A stretch of DNA of 32,000 nucleotides from Desulfotalea psychrophila LSv54 (GTDB lineage: Bacteria; Desulfobacterota; Desulfobulbia; Desulfobulbales; Desulfocapsaceae): assembly GCF_000025945.1 (NCBI RefSeq), contig NC_006138.1, positions 2,820,001 to 2,852,000 on the forward strand. Reading direction: 5' to 3'. A program made the translations under genes and the position numbers. Shown piece after piece: positions 9,746 to 18,793 of the stretch. The notes under the pieces are model-generated. The model ran no database searches. It had not been told where the DNA came from and was given only the letters and a program-made list of their open reading frames with translations. How positions within the stretch are numbered: the first letter of the stretch is position 1; the number at the start of each line of letters is the position of its first letter.

Positions 9746-9812
9746 ATTTTAAGAAAAACACATTATATTTTCCCCTACGGACTTTAATATCAACCTCTAG
9801 CAGCTATTGCCC

Positions 9813-11630
9813 ATGTTCCCCGAAAAAATATTGCAGTCAACCCCACACAAGCCAGGCGTCTACCTGATGCTTGATGCCAAAGCCAGGGTGATATATGTGG
9901 GCAAGGCAAAGGATCTGGTCAAGCGACTCACCTCCTATACGCGCCATAGCAGCTCGGAACATAACAAGACCACCGTTATGCTGAAGAAGGTGGAGCAGGT
10001 GAAGACCATCATCACCACCACCGAAAAAGAGGCCCTGATCCTTGAGGCATCGCTGATAAAAAAGCATAAACCCCGCTACAACATCATCCTCCGCGACGAC
10101 AAAAACTATCCATATATTGCCGTAACAGTGGGTGAAGAATGGCCACGGGTAATGATGGTAAGACGTAAACGCAGAGACAACTCCCGCTACTTTGGCCCCT
10201 ACTCCTCGGCAACGGCCATGTGGGCGACTCTCAAGCTAATTGCCTCCCTCTTCCCCCTACGCAACTGTCGGGGAGAAAAATTACGACCAAGAACGCGTCC
10301 ATGCCTGAACCGGCAGATAGGTAAATGCCTTGCCCCCTGTACCGGCAATGTCAGTCGAAAAATATATATGGAGAATGTGGACAAAATCCTCCTCCTCCTT
10401 CAGGGCAAGAGCCGCGATCTGCTGGCAGAGCTGAAAAGGCAGATGCTCCAGGCCTCGGAAAGGCTCAACTTTGAACAGGCAGGACAGTTCCGAGATCAAA
10501 TCAGGGCCCTGAAAACCACCCTGGAAAAACAACTCGTGGCCGCAGGCCATGGCAAAAATCAAGATGTCTTTGGCTATGTCCGTTCCGGGACAACGGTTGC
10601 CGTCAATATACTCTTTGTCCGTGATGGCCTAGTCAGCGGCTCCCGCTCCTTTTTCATCGAAGACTATTTCGGCCTCGACAGCCAAGTGCTGAGCCAAACC
10701 ATCAGTCAATACTATGACCGTGAAACGCCCCCACCAAAGGAAATACTGCTCCCGTTTTCTCCAGAAAACTTTGAACTGCTCAGCGAATACCTAGCCGATT
10801 TCACAACACATATCCTACAGATAAAAATCCCCCAGCGGGGAGATAGTACCATCCTGGTGGAGATGGCAAACACCAACGCCCGACAGCTCTTTGCAGAGAA
10901 GGAGAAAAAGGAGAGGTCTTGGCAGAGTCTTGGCAAAAGTATAAAGGAGAAGTTACAGCTTAGCCGGACACCGGAAACCATTGAGTGCCTCGACATCTCC
11001 AATATCAGCGGGCAGCACGCCATCGGCTCTCTGGTCTGTTTTTCCGGGGGAGAGGCAAACAAAAGCCGTTTTCGTCACTACAAGATCCGAACCATAGAGG
11101 GGCCAGATGACTATGGGATGATGCGCGAGGTGATGGAGCGGAGATTTAAACGTGGTATAAAAGAGGGCAACCTACCCAATCTCTTTGTGGTTGATGGTGG
11201 GAAGGGCCAACTGGGAATGGCCATGGCCGTGGCGAGAGAACTTGGCATCACCAACGAACTTGATTGGATTGGTATTGCCAAAGAGCGCCATGAAGAGGGT
11301 GAGAAGCTCTATAAGCCAGGCAGAAAAAACCCCATCCTCCTGCCGGCGCATAGCCCCGTCCTCCTCTATCTTATGCGTATTCGGGACGAATCACATCGCT
11401 ACGGAATCACCTTTCACCGCAAACTCCGCAACAGGGCAACGCTCTCTTCAGAGCTTGATGAGATAGAGGGCATTGGTGATAATCGCAAGAAACTCCTTCT
11501 AAAGAAGATAGGAAGCCTGAAAAAAATCAAAGAGGCCAGCCTTCAGAAACTGCAAGAGGTCGAGGGAATAGGACCACTCCTGGCTAAAAAAATATATACC
11601 TCCCTACAAAGGGATAAAAACAAGTCTTAG
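9813..11630 (+). CDS. uvrC: Excinuclease ABC subunit C
   Basis: ~605 aa with a GIY-YIG-type N-terminus (KPGVYLMLDAKARVIYVGKAKDLVKRL), the UvrC C-terminal nuclease region (IECLDISNISG, VDGGKGQLGMA) and HhH repeats (LQEVEGIGPLLAKKIY). ATG at 9813 preferred over TTG at 9807. Confidence 0.96.
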   Translation: MFPEKILQSTPHKPGVYLMLDAKARVIYVGKAKDLVKRLTSYTRHSSSEHNKTTVMLKKVEQVKTIITTTEKEALILEASLIKKHKPRYNIILRDDKNYPYIAVTVGEEWPRVMMVRRKRRDNSRYFGPYSSATAMWATLKLIASLFPLRNCRGEKLRPRTRPCLNRQIGKCLAPCTGNVSRKIYMENVDKILLLLQGKSRDLLAELKRQMLQASERLNFEQAGQFRDQIRALKTTLEKQLVAAGHGKNQDVFGYVRSGTTVAVNILFVRDGLVSGSRSFFIEDYFGLDSQVLSQTISQYYDRETPPPKEILLPFSPENFELLSEYLADFTTHILQIKIPQRGDSTILVEMANTNARQLFAEKEKKERSWQSLGKSIKEKLQLSRTPETIECLDISNISGQHAIGSLVCFSGGEANKSRFRHYKIRTIEGPDDYGMMREVMERRFKRGIKEGNLPNLFVVDGGKGQLGMAMAVARELGITNELDWIGIAKERHEEGEKLYKPGRKNPILLPAHSPVLLYLMRIRDESHRYGITFHRKLRNRATLSSELDEIEGIGDNRKKLLLKKIGSLKKIKEASLQKLQEVEGIGPLLAKKIYTSLQRDKNKS

Positions 11631-11633
11631 AAA

Positions 11634-12116
11634 CACACCTCCAAAAGAAGATCAGCTCTGAGGGGAAAACTGATTACCAGCGTCGATAATGTTTCAAGCT
11701 CAAAAGCAGAGGACACGGAACCCATTAGCCCAAGAGCTGACCAGACAAACCTCCTCACCCTCAAAGCCACCATAAAATCGGTCCGGGAAGTAGGAAAGGG
11801 TTTTGCCATGGTGTCCAACAAGATCAAAGAACTGGCAAGGCAATCACAGAATCCACTCTGGAGATCATTTTACGGGTGACAAGCGTGCAAAAATCAAGTT
11901 TTCTTACTATTGAAAATATTAACAATATAATCAGTACTATCACCGAGGGAAACAACCGGGTAGGGAGCATCACCGTTTCGGCACAAGATCTGGATCTCGT
12001 CCGCATGGAGGGGAGATCACCCGGCAATGCCGGAAGTAAATGAGGCGACTCAGGAACAAGAAAATATTGCCCTAGGTCTTAATAAAATGAGTTATCGATT
12101 CAAACTTGGTGAGTAG
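11634..12116 (+). pseudogene. Decayed methyl-accepting chemotaxis protein, C-terminal signalling-domain remnant
   Basis: Three fragments in shifting frames match the MCP signalling domain in order: ...[38 protein letters not shown] (stop at 11877-11879); ...VQKSSFLTIENINNIISTITEGNNRVGSI... (stop at 12041-12043); EVNEATQEQENIALGLNKMSYRFKLGE* (stop 12114-12116). Confidence 0.8.
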
Positions 12117-12117
12117 A

Positions 12118-12315
12118 ATGAGCAAGGCAAATGATCTTTGGGAAGAGTTAGGTGAACTGAGCGATGAAGACGCAGGACATGTACTGATGCGACTCTTTAC
12201 CGCCTATGAGCAGGAACATGAGTTAGAGCAGAATCCAACAGGCTGTACAGACTTCTTCAAAAAGCTCAGTTCAGCAATCAACCAAACAACTAACTGTAAC
12301 CTCAATAGAAGATAA
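12118..12315 (+). CDS. Small conserved-looking hypothetical protein
   Basis: ATG at 12118, MSKANDLWEELGELSDEDAGHVLMRLFTAYEQEHELEQNPTGCTDFFKKLSSAINQTTNCNLNRR. Acidic, helical, protein-like composition. Confidence 0.55.
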   Translation: MSKANDLWEELGELSDEDAGHVLMRLFTAYEQEHELEQNPTGCTDFFKKLSSAINQTTNCNLNRR

Positions 12316-12620
12316 TTTTATCCGAGCAGAGCATGCCACCGTCCACATCCTGGCCTGTCTCATCATGCTCTGCCTATACCAGAGGGAGAAACTTGAAAAA
12401 TCAGCTTTTTTTTCAGGCTGACCTAATATATATTGATATTAAAGAAAAAAAATCTTATGAATTTCTTTACAGAAATAGATCAAGCCCTGCCTCTAGAAGC
12501 AAACGGGCCCCCAAAGAATATCTCTTTGATTTTTTTACCAAATATTCAACTTACTCCTGCCCTGAAACCTCAGAACAGGATTAATTTACAGCCATTTTAT
12601 AAAAACAGAGGAAAAGTATA

Positions 12621-13298
12621 GTGCCACAGCAAGAACTCGAAAAAAAACTCAGTACTATTGATGAAGCCCAACCATGTGTTGTTGCCATTCATGATTCCGA
12701 AGGCAATGCCATCAGATATGACTGTACCTTTGCCCAGAGAGAGGCACATAACTTTGCCCTGGTTTTACCCTTTGGGGTAAGCTTGAATATGCACAATATA
12801 AAAAAGACCTGTTCTTTTTGTACCCCTCCGACCCCAGGGCAAGCAACGGTATCCTGCAAGGCCCAGATTAATGAAAAAATTGCCGACACCATTGAACTGA
12901 CAGCGCTTGAAGATATCGACCCGGCAACCCTTCGCCAATTTTTTCGGGTCAACCTCCGAGTACCCGTGACAGTCTCCTATTGTCCTGACACAAGTAATGA
13001 GGAAACGCATTGGTTCCAGGCTGGAGATAGCATCGATATTTCCAGGACAGGGATACTCTGCATACTTCCACAGGAGGCGGCCAATCTCAAAGAACTACAA
13101 GTAGATCTTGCCCTGACAGACCCCAAGACAAACACAAACTGCACAGGTCATATAATTCGAATTAAACGCCTTACCAAGTCACGTTGGCTAACAGCAATCC
13201 ACTTTGACCAGATAAACCCTGCCGCAGCAGACAACATCACGGCAAACTGCCTCCAGGAACAACGTCGCCAGATACGAGACAATATTCAAACCACATGA
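12621..13298 (+). CDS. PilZ domain protein (putative c-di-GMP effector)
   Basis: 225 aa with FFRVNLRVPVTVSY ... DSIDISRTGILCILP ... IRIKRLTKSRWLTAIHFDQI, the RxxxR / D-x-S-x-x-G PilZ pattern. Confidence 0.75.
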   Translation: MPQQELEKKLSTIDEAQPCVVAIHDSEGNAIRYDCTFAQREAHNFALVLPFGVSLNMHNIKKTCSFCTPPTPGQATVSCKAQINEKIADTIELTALEDIDPATLRQFFRVNLRVPVTVSYCPDTSNEETHWFQAGDSIDISRTGILCILPQEAANLKELQVDLALTDPKTNTNCTGHIIRIKRLTKSRWLTAIHFDQINPAAADNITANCLQEQRRQIRDNIQTT

Positions 13299-13321
13299 TT
13301 TCAACTTATTAGACCATCACC

Positions 13322-13486
13322 ATGGATATACTTTCCCCATCCCAACCAATCCCTCCCCTAGGGGAAAAATCTACCCAGCCCCAACAAAAAATGGGCCTAA
13401 ATACCCCTTCGGAGCTGGAAGGCAAGGTGTTGGCAAATAGAGGCAATGGTGTCTTTTTTGGTTCAAGTAGCTGGAGAAAAGATTGA
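13322..13486 (+). other. 5' fragment of the FliK-like gene, in a different frame from the main ORF
   Basis: ATG at 13322: MDILSPSQPIPPLGEKSTQPQQKMGLNTPSELEGKVLANRGNGVFFGSSSWRKD*. Removing one T from the T6 run 13454-13459 joins it to the downstream ORF as ...GKVLANRGNGVFLVQVAGEKIEIHSQTPLELGQKIRL... Confidence 0.6.
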
Positions 13487-14366
13487 AATCCACTCTCAAA
13501 CGCCACTCGAGCTTGGGCAGAAGATTCGGCTGACGATACAGCAAATTTCTCAGGAGACGCAGATCCAGCCAGACAAAAGCGATAAGGCCCCCCTCATCTC
13601 TAAGCTTCTCCAAACCATAGGGGCAAAAACACCTCTGATGGCCCAGCCGGTGAGCCTCGCTCAACTCTCCCTGCTCATGGCAAACAGCGAAAAGGCCCTT
13701 TCCGCCACCAGCCTCCACTCCCTTTCCAGCTTTTTTAGCGGACAACAGATACTGTTAGAGGGGGGAGGCGGAGAGCTACTCAAAGAGTTACTGAACCAAC
13801 TAGGCCTCTCCCACGAAAGATCCCTGCTGCAGGGTAGGCCTGATGAGGTAAAGGGCCAAATCAAAAACTCCCTTTTTGAGATACTTGGCAAACTCCCCTC
13901 CTCCAGCCCCCTCCATCAAGAAGCTCATAAAATTTCCAGTATAATAGACTCATTCCAACTGATTAATATCAGTCAAAGTGAGCAAGGTAATTTCATCCTG
14001 CCCCTGCCCTTTGACTTTCTCAATCTCGGATTTCTCCTTATTCACAGCGACAGAGACCGGCATAGGCAGGAGGAGAGAAGAGAACAGGATAACATCTACT
14101 TTTCTCTCTATCTCCAAGTGAGCGCCCTGGGTAACCTACAGATTGACCTGGCTGGCGGCAAGGAGGGAGTGACCATCCACATCCATACAGACTCAGAGGA
14201 AAAAAGTGCCTTTTTAAAAGAACATCTCCCCATGCTCCAGGAAAAGCTCTCTGCCCTCTTTCCCCTCTGCACTATTGGCCTCAGCCATGATGCCAAGGAT
14301 CCCATTGCCGAATTACTCTCCAGGGGTACCGGCCCCGAGCAAAGCATCATCAATCAAAAGGTATAA
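13446..14366 (+). CDS. FliK-like (flagellar hook-length control C-terminal domain-like) protein; 5' end lies in another frame
   Basis: 306 aa: VQVAGEKIEIHSQTPLELGQKIRLTIQQ..., C-terminal FYFSLYLQVSALGNLQIDLAGGKEGVTIHIHTDSEEKSAFLKEHLPMLQEKLSALF..., resembling FliK C-terminal (Flg_hook) organisation. Directly upstream of an FlhB-C-like gene. Confidence 0.6.
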   Translation: MVSFLVQVAGEKIEIHSQTPLELGQKIRLTIQQISQETQIQPDKSDKAPLISKLLQTIGAKTPLMAQPVSLAQLSLLMANSEKALSATSLHSLSSFFSGQQILLEGGGGELLKELLNQLGLSHERSLLQGRPDEVKGQIKNSLFEILGKLPSSSPLHQEAHKISSIIDSFQLINISQSEQGNFILPLPFDFLNLGFLLIHSDRDRHRQEERREQDNIYFSLYLQVSALGNLQIDLAGGKEGVTIHIHTDSEEKSAFLKEHLPMLQEKLSALFPLCTIGLSHDAKDPIAELLSRGTGPEQSIINQKV

Positions 14367-14369
14367 GCC

Positions 14370-14630
14370 GTGCAAAAAAAAGCAGTCGCCCTACGCTATC
14401 ACCAGGAAGAGGACAGGGCCCCACGGGTTGTGGCTTCGGGTAAGGGTATCGTAGCCGAAAATATCATAGAGACCGGAGAGGCCGCAGGCGTTTATATCCA
14501 AGAGGACCGGGATATGGTGGAGTTACTTGCTCAAATTGAGCTCAACCAGGAAATCCCCATGGAGCTGTACGGCGCCGTCAGTGAAATTTTAAGTTTTGTC
14601 TATAAGGTAAACGGAAAATATGAAAAATAA
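14370..14630 (+). CDS. FlhB/EscU-YscU C-terminal-like export-switch protein (stand-alone)
   Basis: 86 aa with GTG start. MQKKAVALRYHQEEDRAPRVVASGKGIVAENIIETGEAAGVYIQEDRDMVELLAQIELNQEIPMELYGAVSEILSFVYKV matches the FlhB C-terminal cytoplasmic domain downstream of the NPTH site. Confidence 0.8.
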   Translation: MQKKAVALRYHQEEDRAPRVVASGKGIVAENIIETGEAAGVYIQEDRDMVELLAQIELNQEIPMELYGAVSEILSFVYKVNGKYEK

Positions 14631-14793
14631 TCCCCCCTCCACCATAGCGATAGAAAAATGCTTGTAAGCTTCTTGATTTAAAGTAGAATTTCTGTCAAAA
14701 CCATCTGTTCTCATCGCCACATTTTCCACTCAAGAGAGCAGAAGAAGATGAACCTGATGGTGTAAAGACAAGGGCATCGAAAAAAGGAAATGC

Positions 14794-15084
14794 ATGTTTA
14801 TCATATCATTGACCTACAAGGTTGAACTGGAAGAGGTGGACAAACACCTTGACGCCCATATTGCCTATTTGAAAGATGCATATGCCAATGGAAATTTTAT
14901 TGCATCGGGCCGAAAGGTTCCAAGAACAGGCGGTATCATCTTCTCCAAGGTTAAAAACCGGGATCAGCTTGAAACTATTCTGAAAAAAGACCCATTTAAT
15001 CAAGCCGGTATTGCGAAATACGATATCACCGAGTTCATTCCGGGCATGGTGGCCGATGGCTTTGAAACATTAAAAGAGGTATAA
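14794..15084 (+). CDS. YciI family protein
   Basis: 96 aa: MFIISLTYKVELEEVDKHLDAHIAYLKDAYANGNFIASGRKVPRTGGIIFSKVKNRDQLETILKKDPF..., characteristic YCII-related pattern (H-x-x-[WY]L, SG, DPF). Confidence 0.8.
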   Translation: MFIISLTYKVELEEVDKHLDAHIAYLKDAYANGNFIASGRKVPRTGGIIFSKVKNRDQLETILKKDPFNQAGIAKYDITEFIPGMVADGFETLKEV

Positions 15085-15243
15085 GTAGCTCTTCAGCGGG
15101 GTGGAGTAACCCCGCCACTGGGCCATTCGGATTCAACTTTCAGCCATCCTCAACCTATCCAACCACCTCCTCACGGCACCGCCGTCTGAAGCCAGCCCCT
15201 GCCCAGGGACAATCAATTTATTCTATCAGGAAAAAAGGCTAAA

Positions 15244-15276
15244 AAAAATCCCCTGTTTCATCAACAGGGGATTTTT
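15244..15276 (-). terminator. Rho-independent, probably bidirectional terminator downstream of livF
   Basis: 13-bp perfect stem AAAAATCCCCTGT-(TTCATCA)-ACAGGGGATTTTT with a poly-A/poly-T flank on both sides. Confidence 0.9.
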
Positions 15277-15310
15277 GCGTAGAAGCAGATGTGGGGAAAA
15301 TCTGGATAAA

Positions 15311-16036
15311 TCAGTTACGTTTCTTACCCAGATAGGCCTCCTGAACCTTAGGAGAGGCAAGGAGCTCTGCCGAGGTACCCGAAAAGACGATCTTGCCCAC
15401 CTCAAGGATATAACCTCGATTAGCAAGTCGCAAAGCCGCCTTGGCGTTTTGTTCAACGAGCAGCACAGTCACCCCACTCTCGGCGATCTTTTTGATCTGG
15501 GCAAAGATAGCCTTTACCAGAATCGGGGCAATCCCCAAACTTGGCTCATCAAGGAGAAGCATGGACGGCTTTGACATAAGCGCCCTGCCAATGGCAAGCA
15601 TCTGCTGTTCTCCACCCGAAAGGGTTCCGGCAAGCTGGCTACGACGCTCCTCCAGGCGAGGAAAGAGATTATAAACCCAACCAAGTATCTCCGGGTCCAT
15701 CTTCTTCTTGCTATAGGCACCAAGGAGAAGATTCTCTTCTACGGTAAGGATACCAAAGACCCGACGACCCTCCGGGGAATGGCTCATCCCCAGAGAAACA
15801 ATCTTATGGGCAGGAAGCTGGGTCAGCTCTACCCCATCAAAGATGATAGAACCAGACTTTGCCCGAAGAAGTTGGGTAATGGTACGCATGGTGGTGGTTT
15901 TGCCCGCACCATTTGAACCGAGGATGGTAACAATCTCACCCCGGTGTACCTGCAAGGAAATTCCCTTAATCGCCGCGATGTTACCGTAGGAAACCTCAAG
16001 GTCGGTAATATTAAGTAATGCCTCATTAGAAATCAT
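15311..16036 (-). CDS. livF: Branched-chain amino-acid-type ABC transporter ATP-binding protein LivF
   Basis: ORF 15311..16063. The preferred start is ATG at 16036 (MISNEALLNITDLEVSYGNIAAIKGISLQV). GSNGAGKTT Walker A, LSGGEQQMLAIGRALMSKPSMLLLDEPSLG. Confidence 0.92.
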   Translation of the reverse strand: MISNEALLNITDLEVSYGNIAAIKGISLQVHRGEIVTILGSNGAGKTTTMRTITQLLRAKSGSIIFDGVELTQLPAHKIVSLGMSHSPEGRRVFGILTVEENLLLGAYSKKKMDPEILGWVYNLFPRLEERRSQLAGTLSGGEQQMLAIGRALMSKPSMLLLDEPSLGIAPILVKAIFAQIKKIAESGVTVLLVEQNAKAALRLANRGYILEVGKIVFSGTSAELLASPKVQEAYLGKKRN

Positions 16037-16802
16037 CGTCGTCACTCCCAAGATATGCCTCAATTACGGCAGGATCAGCCTGAACAATGTCTGGCGTTCC
16101 CTCAGCAATCTTTTTCCCGAAATTTATAACGGTCAGATATTCCGTTACCTCCATTACCAAATCCATATCATGCTCAATAAGAAGAATAGTCACCCCACGT
16201 TGACGAATACGATAGATGGTATCAATCAACTCCTGAGTTTCATTCTCATTAAGCCCTGCTGCAGGTTCATCAAGAATCAAAAGCGACGGCTCCGTAGCCA
16301 ACGCCCGCGCCATCTCTACCCGACGCTGAATACCATAGGCAAGAGCACCAACGGGTTTCACCGCATAGGCCTCTAGATCAAAAAAGTGGAGTAACTCAGC
16401 GACAACATCCCAATTACTCTCCTCGTCGGCACGAGAAGAGGGGGTAGGAAAAATTCCATTCCACCACCCCTGCTTGCTCTTGATATGACGGCCGCTCATG
16501 ATATTTTCGGCAACACTCATCTGTTCAAAGAGACGGATAGTTTGAAAAGTGCGAACAATACCACGCTCGGCCACCTTATGGGGTGGAAGCCGAGTAATAT
16601 CCTCTCCATTCCAATGGATAGATCCCTCTTCACAGGGATGAATGCCTGTAATACAGTTAAAAACGGTGGTCTTCCCTGCACCATTGGGACCAATTATGCC
16701 ATAGATTTGACCTGCCTTGACAGTAAAGCTTAAATCATCAACAGCGGTTAAGCCCCCAAACCTCTTGGTCACATTTGTCAAAATCAGATTACTCGATGTC
16801 AT
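16026..16802 (-). CDS. livG: Branched-chain amino-acid-type ABC transporter ATP-binding protein LivG
   Basis: 258 aa with GPNGAGKTT, GIQRRVEMARALATEPSLLILDEPAAGLN, TILLIEHDMDLVM. Confidence 0.93.
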   Translation of the reverse strand: MTSSNLILTNVTKRFGGLTAVDDLSFTVKAGQIYGIIGPNGAGKTTVFNCITGIHPCEEGSIHWNGEDITRLPPHKVAERGIVRTFQTIRLFEQMSVAENIMSGRHIKSKQGWWNGIFPTPSSRADEESNWDVVAELLHFFDLEAYAVKPVGALAYGIQRRVEMARALATEPSLLILDEPAAGLNENETQELIDTIYRIRQRGVTILLIEHDMDLVMEVTEYLTVINFGKKIAEGTPDIVQADPAVIEAYLGSDDDDF

Positions 16803-17751
16803 AACTTCCTTCCTTTATCAGTCTCTTAGGAATTTTACCAAATTTTGCAGGACATATTCCCCTCGGTCGTATTATCATCGTAACAATCATAGCAAGACCA
16901 AAGATAAAATAACGCCAGGTGGCAAAATCCCGAAAAATCTCTGGGAGGACAAACATAACAAAGACGCCCAGAAGAATGCCGGGAATTGAAGAGCCACCCA
17001 CAATGACAATACTGAAAAAGAGAACCGATTGAAGAAAATTAAAGGCCTCCGGACTCACAGCAGAGTATTGATTGGCATAAAAGGTCCCTGCCATACCGGC
17101 AATCCCTGCCCCTACGGCAAAGGCAAATATCTTATAGACTCTGGTATTTATCCCCACACAGCTTGCGGCAAGTTCATCCTCACGCAGATAGTGCAGAGCA
17201 CGTCCCGCCTTACTCTTTGCAAGGTTATACATTAAAAGAAAGGTAAGAAAGAGGGCTATAAGAGCCGCATAAAAGGCACCTAGCTGTGGCGAGTCCATAA
17301 ACCCCGGCAGATTGATCATATCAAGACCAAAAATACCATTGGGCCCACCTGTTACGCCGCCAAGATCATTTTGCACAACCTGAATAAAAACAATATTAAA
17401 GCCAATGGATGCCACCAACAGGTAATCGCCACGAAGATGAACAATGGGACCGGCAAGAATCACCCCAAAAATTGCTGGAATGATGATGGCAGCAGGTACA
17501 GTCGCCAACATGGGCCAACCAAAATGAGCGTTTAAAATTGCACTAATATAGGCGCCCATACCAAAGAAAAGTGCCTGGCCCATATTAAACATCCCGGCCT
17601 TGCCCAGGATAATATCCATACTCAAGGCTACGATGGAAAAAACGACAAAGGTCGTTGCCACAGCCAACCAACGAGAATCAAGCAGCGCCGGCAGACTCAG
17701 CATCAGCAAAAAAAACAGGGGATAGCCAAACTGCTCTATTTTTTTCATCAT
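16789..17751 (-). CDS. livM: Branched-chain amino-acid-type ABC transporter permease LivM
   Basis: 320-aa multi-TM protein with GMFNMGQALFFGMGAYISAIL, GPNGIFGLDMI, GIAGMAGTFYANQYSAVSPEAFNF, VVGGSSSIPG motifs. Confidence 0.92.
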   Translation of the reverse strand: MMKKIEQFGYPLFFLLMLSLPALLDSRWLAVATTFVVFSIVALSMDIILGKAGMFNMGQALFFGMGAYISAILNAHFGWPMLATVPAAIIIPAIFGVILAGPIVHLRGDYLLVASIGFNIVFIQVVQNDLGGVTGGPNGIFGLDMINLPGFMDSPQLGAFYAALIALFLTFLLMYNLAKSKAGRALHYLREDELAASCVGINTRVYKIFAFAVGAGIAGMAGTFYANQYSAVSPEAFNFLQSVLFFSIVIVGGSSIPGILLGVFVMFVLPEIFRDFATWRYFIFGLAMIVTMIIRPRGICPAKFGKIPKRLIKEGSYDIE

Positions 17752-18644
17752 ACTTTTTCCGCCACTCTTTCTCCCAATATTCCGGTTGGTCGTACAATCA
17801 GAATCACAATCAGGAGGGTAAAGGTAAATGCATCGGCCCAGGTACTTGAAACATAACCTGCTATAAATGCATTGAAGAGACCAAGGAGCATACCACCAAG
17901 CATAGCGCCCGGAATATTGCCAATACCACCTATAATAGCTGCCACAAAGGCATTTAAGCCGTACTGCCAGCCCATATCAAAGGTAATTCCCTTGTAATAC
18001 ATACCTATAAACAGACCGCCAACGGCACCCAGTGAACTACCAATAACAAAGATTGTAACAATGATGTTATTAACATTAATTCCCATGAGTCTGGCTGCAT
18101 CCTGATCTATGGCACTTGCCCGAATTGCCGTACCCATCTTAGTTTTCTCAATAAACAGATAGAGGGCTATCATCAAAAAGAGAGAGAGAACCATGATAAT
18201 TACCTGGATAAGACTGATCACAACTCCGCCCAACTCCCAATATATCTGAGGAATGAGATCTGGAAATATCTTCATTTGTGGACCCCAAAGAAGCATAATT
18301 CCGTTTTGAATGACCATCGATGCCCCAAGGGCGGAGACAACAGCCGAGAGCCGAGGCGCCGTTCTAAGAGGCCGATAGGCAACCCTTTCCAAAAGGACAC
18401 CGCAAATGGCAACAATAACTGCGGTAACGGCAAAAACAGCTACAGCCGTCAGGATAGAGCCATTTTCGCCAAAGAGCTCTGTAAAAACAAAAAGGCCAAC
18501 AAAGGCGGAGGCAGCAACCAGATCACCGTGAGCAAAGTTAATCAACTTCATGACGCCGTAGACCATTGTATAGCCAAGAGCAATCATGGCAAACATTGAA
18601 CCAATGGTCAAACCGTTGACGAGTTGTTGTAGAAAAATATCCAT
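17748..18644 (-). CDS. livH: Branched-chain amino-acid-type ABC transporter permease LivH
   Basis: ORF runs to 18725. The preferred start is ATG 18644 (MDIFLQQLVNGLTIGSMFAMIALGYTMVYGVMKLINFAHGDL). Contains GNIPGAMLGG; the stop overlaps the livM start. Confidence 0.92.
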   Translation of the reverse strand: MDIFLQQLVNGLTIGSMFAMIALGYTMVYGVMKLINFAHGDLVAASAFVGLFVFTELFGENGSILTAVAVFAVTAVIVAICGVLLERVAYRPLRTAPRLSAVVSALGASMVIQNGIMLLWGPQMKIFPDLIPQIYWELGGVVISLIQVIIMVLSLFLMIALYLFIEKTKMGTAIRASAIDQDAARLMGINVNNIIVTIFVIGSSLGAVGGLFIGMYYKGITFDMGWQYGLNAFVAAIIGGIGNIPGAMLGGMLLGLFNAFIAGYVSSTWADAFTFTLLIVILIVRPTGILGERVAEKV

Positions 18645-18793
18645 ATAAACCCGATAAAAAAATAAGAAAGAACGGGAAACATTCCCGGCTTTCTTGAGAT
18701 AAAAGGACAAAAAAGGCTGGCACAAGCCTTAATGTCGGAAAAATGGGGGGTGGCCTGCCCTATTTACAGGACAGACCTAACAGCTCACCAGTT

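Noticed and set aside
11627-11827. 66-aa minus-strand ORF ([19 protein letters not shown]...)
   Set aside because: It is antisense to the MCP remnant and explained by the decayed plus-strand coding sequence.
12333-12584. 83-aa and 62-aa plus-strand ORFs between the small protein and the PilZ gene
   Set aside because: Low-complexity, K/S-rich, overlapping each other in AT-rich spacer. No recognisable motif or convincing start.
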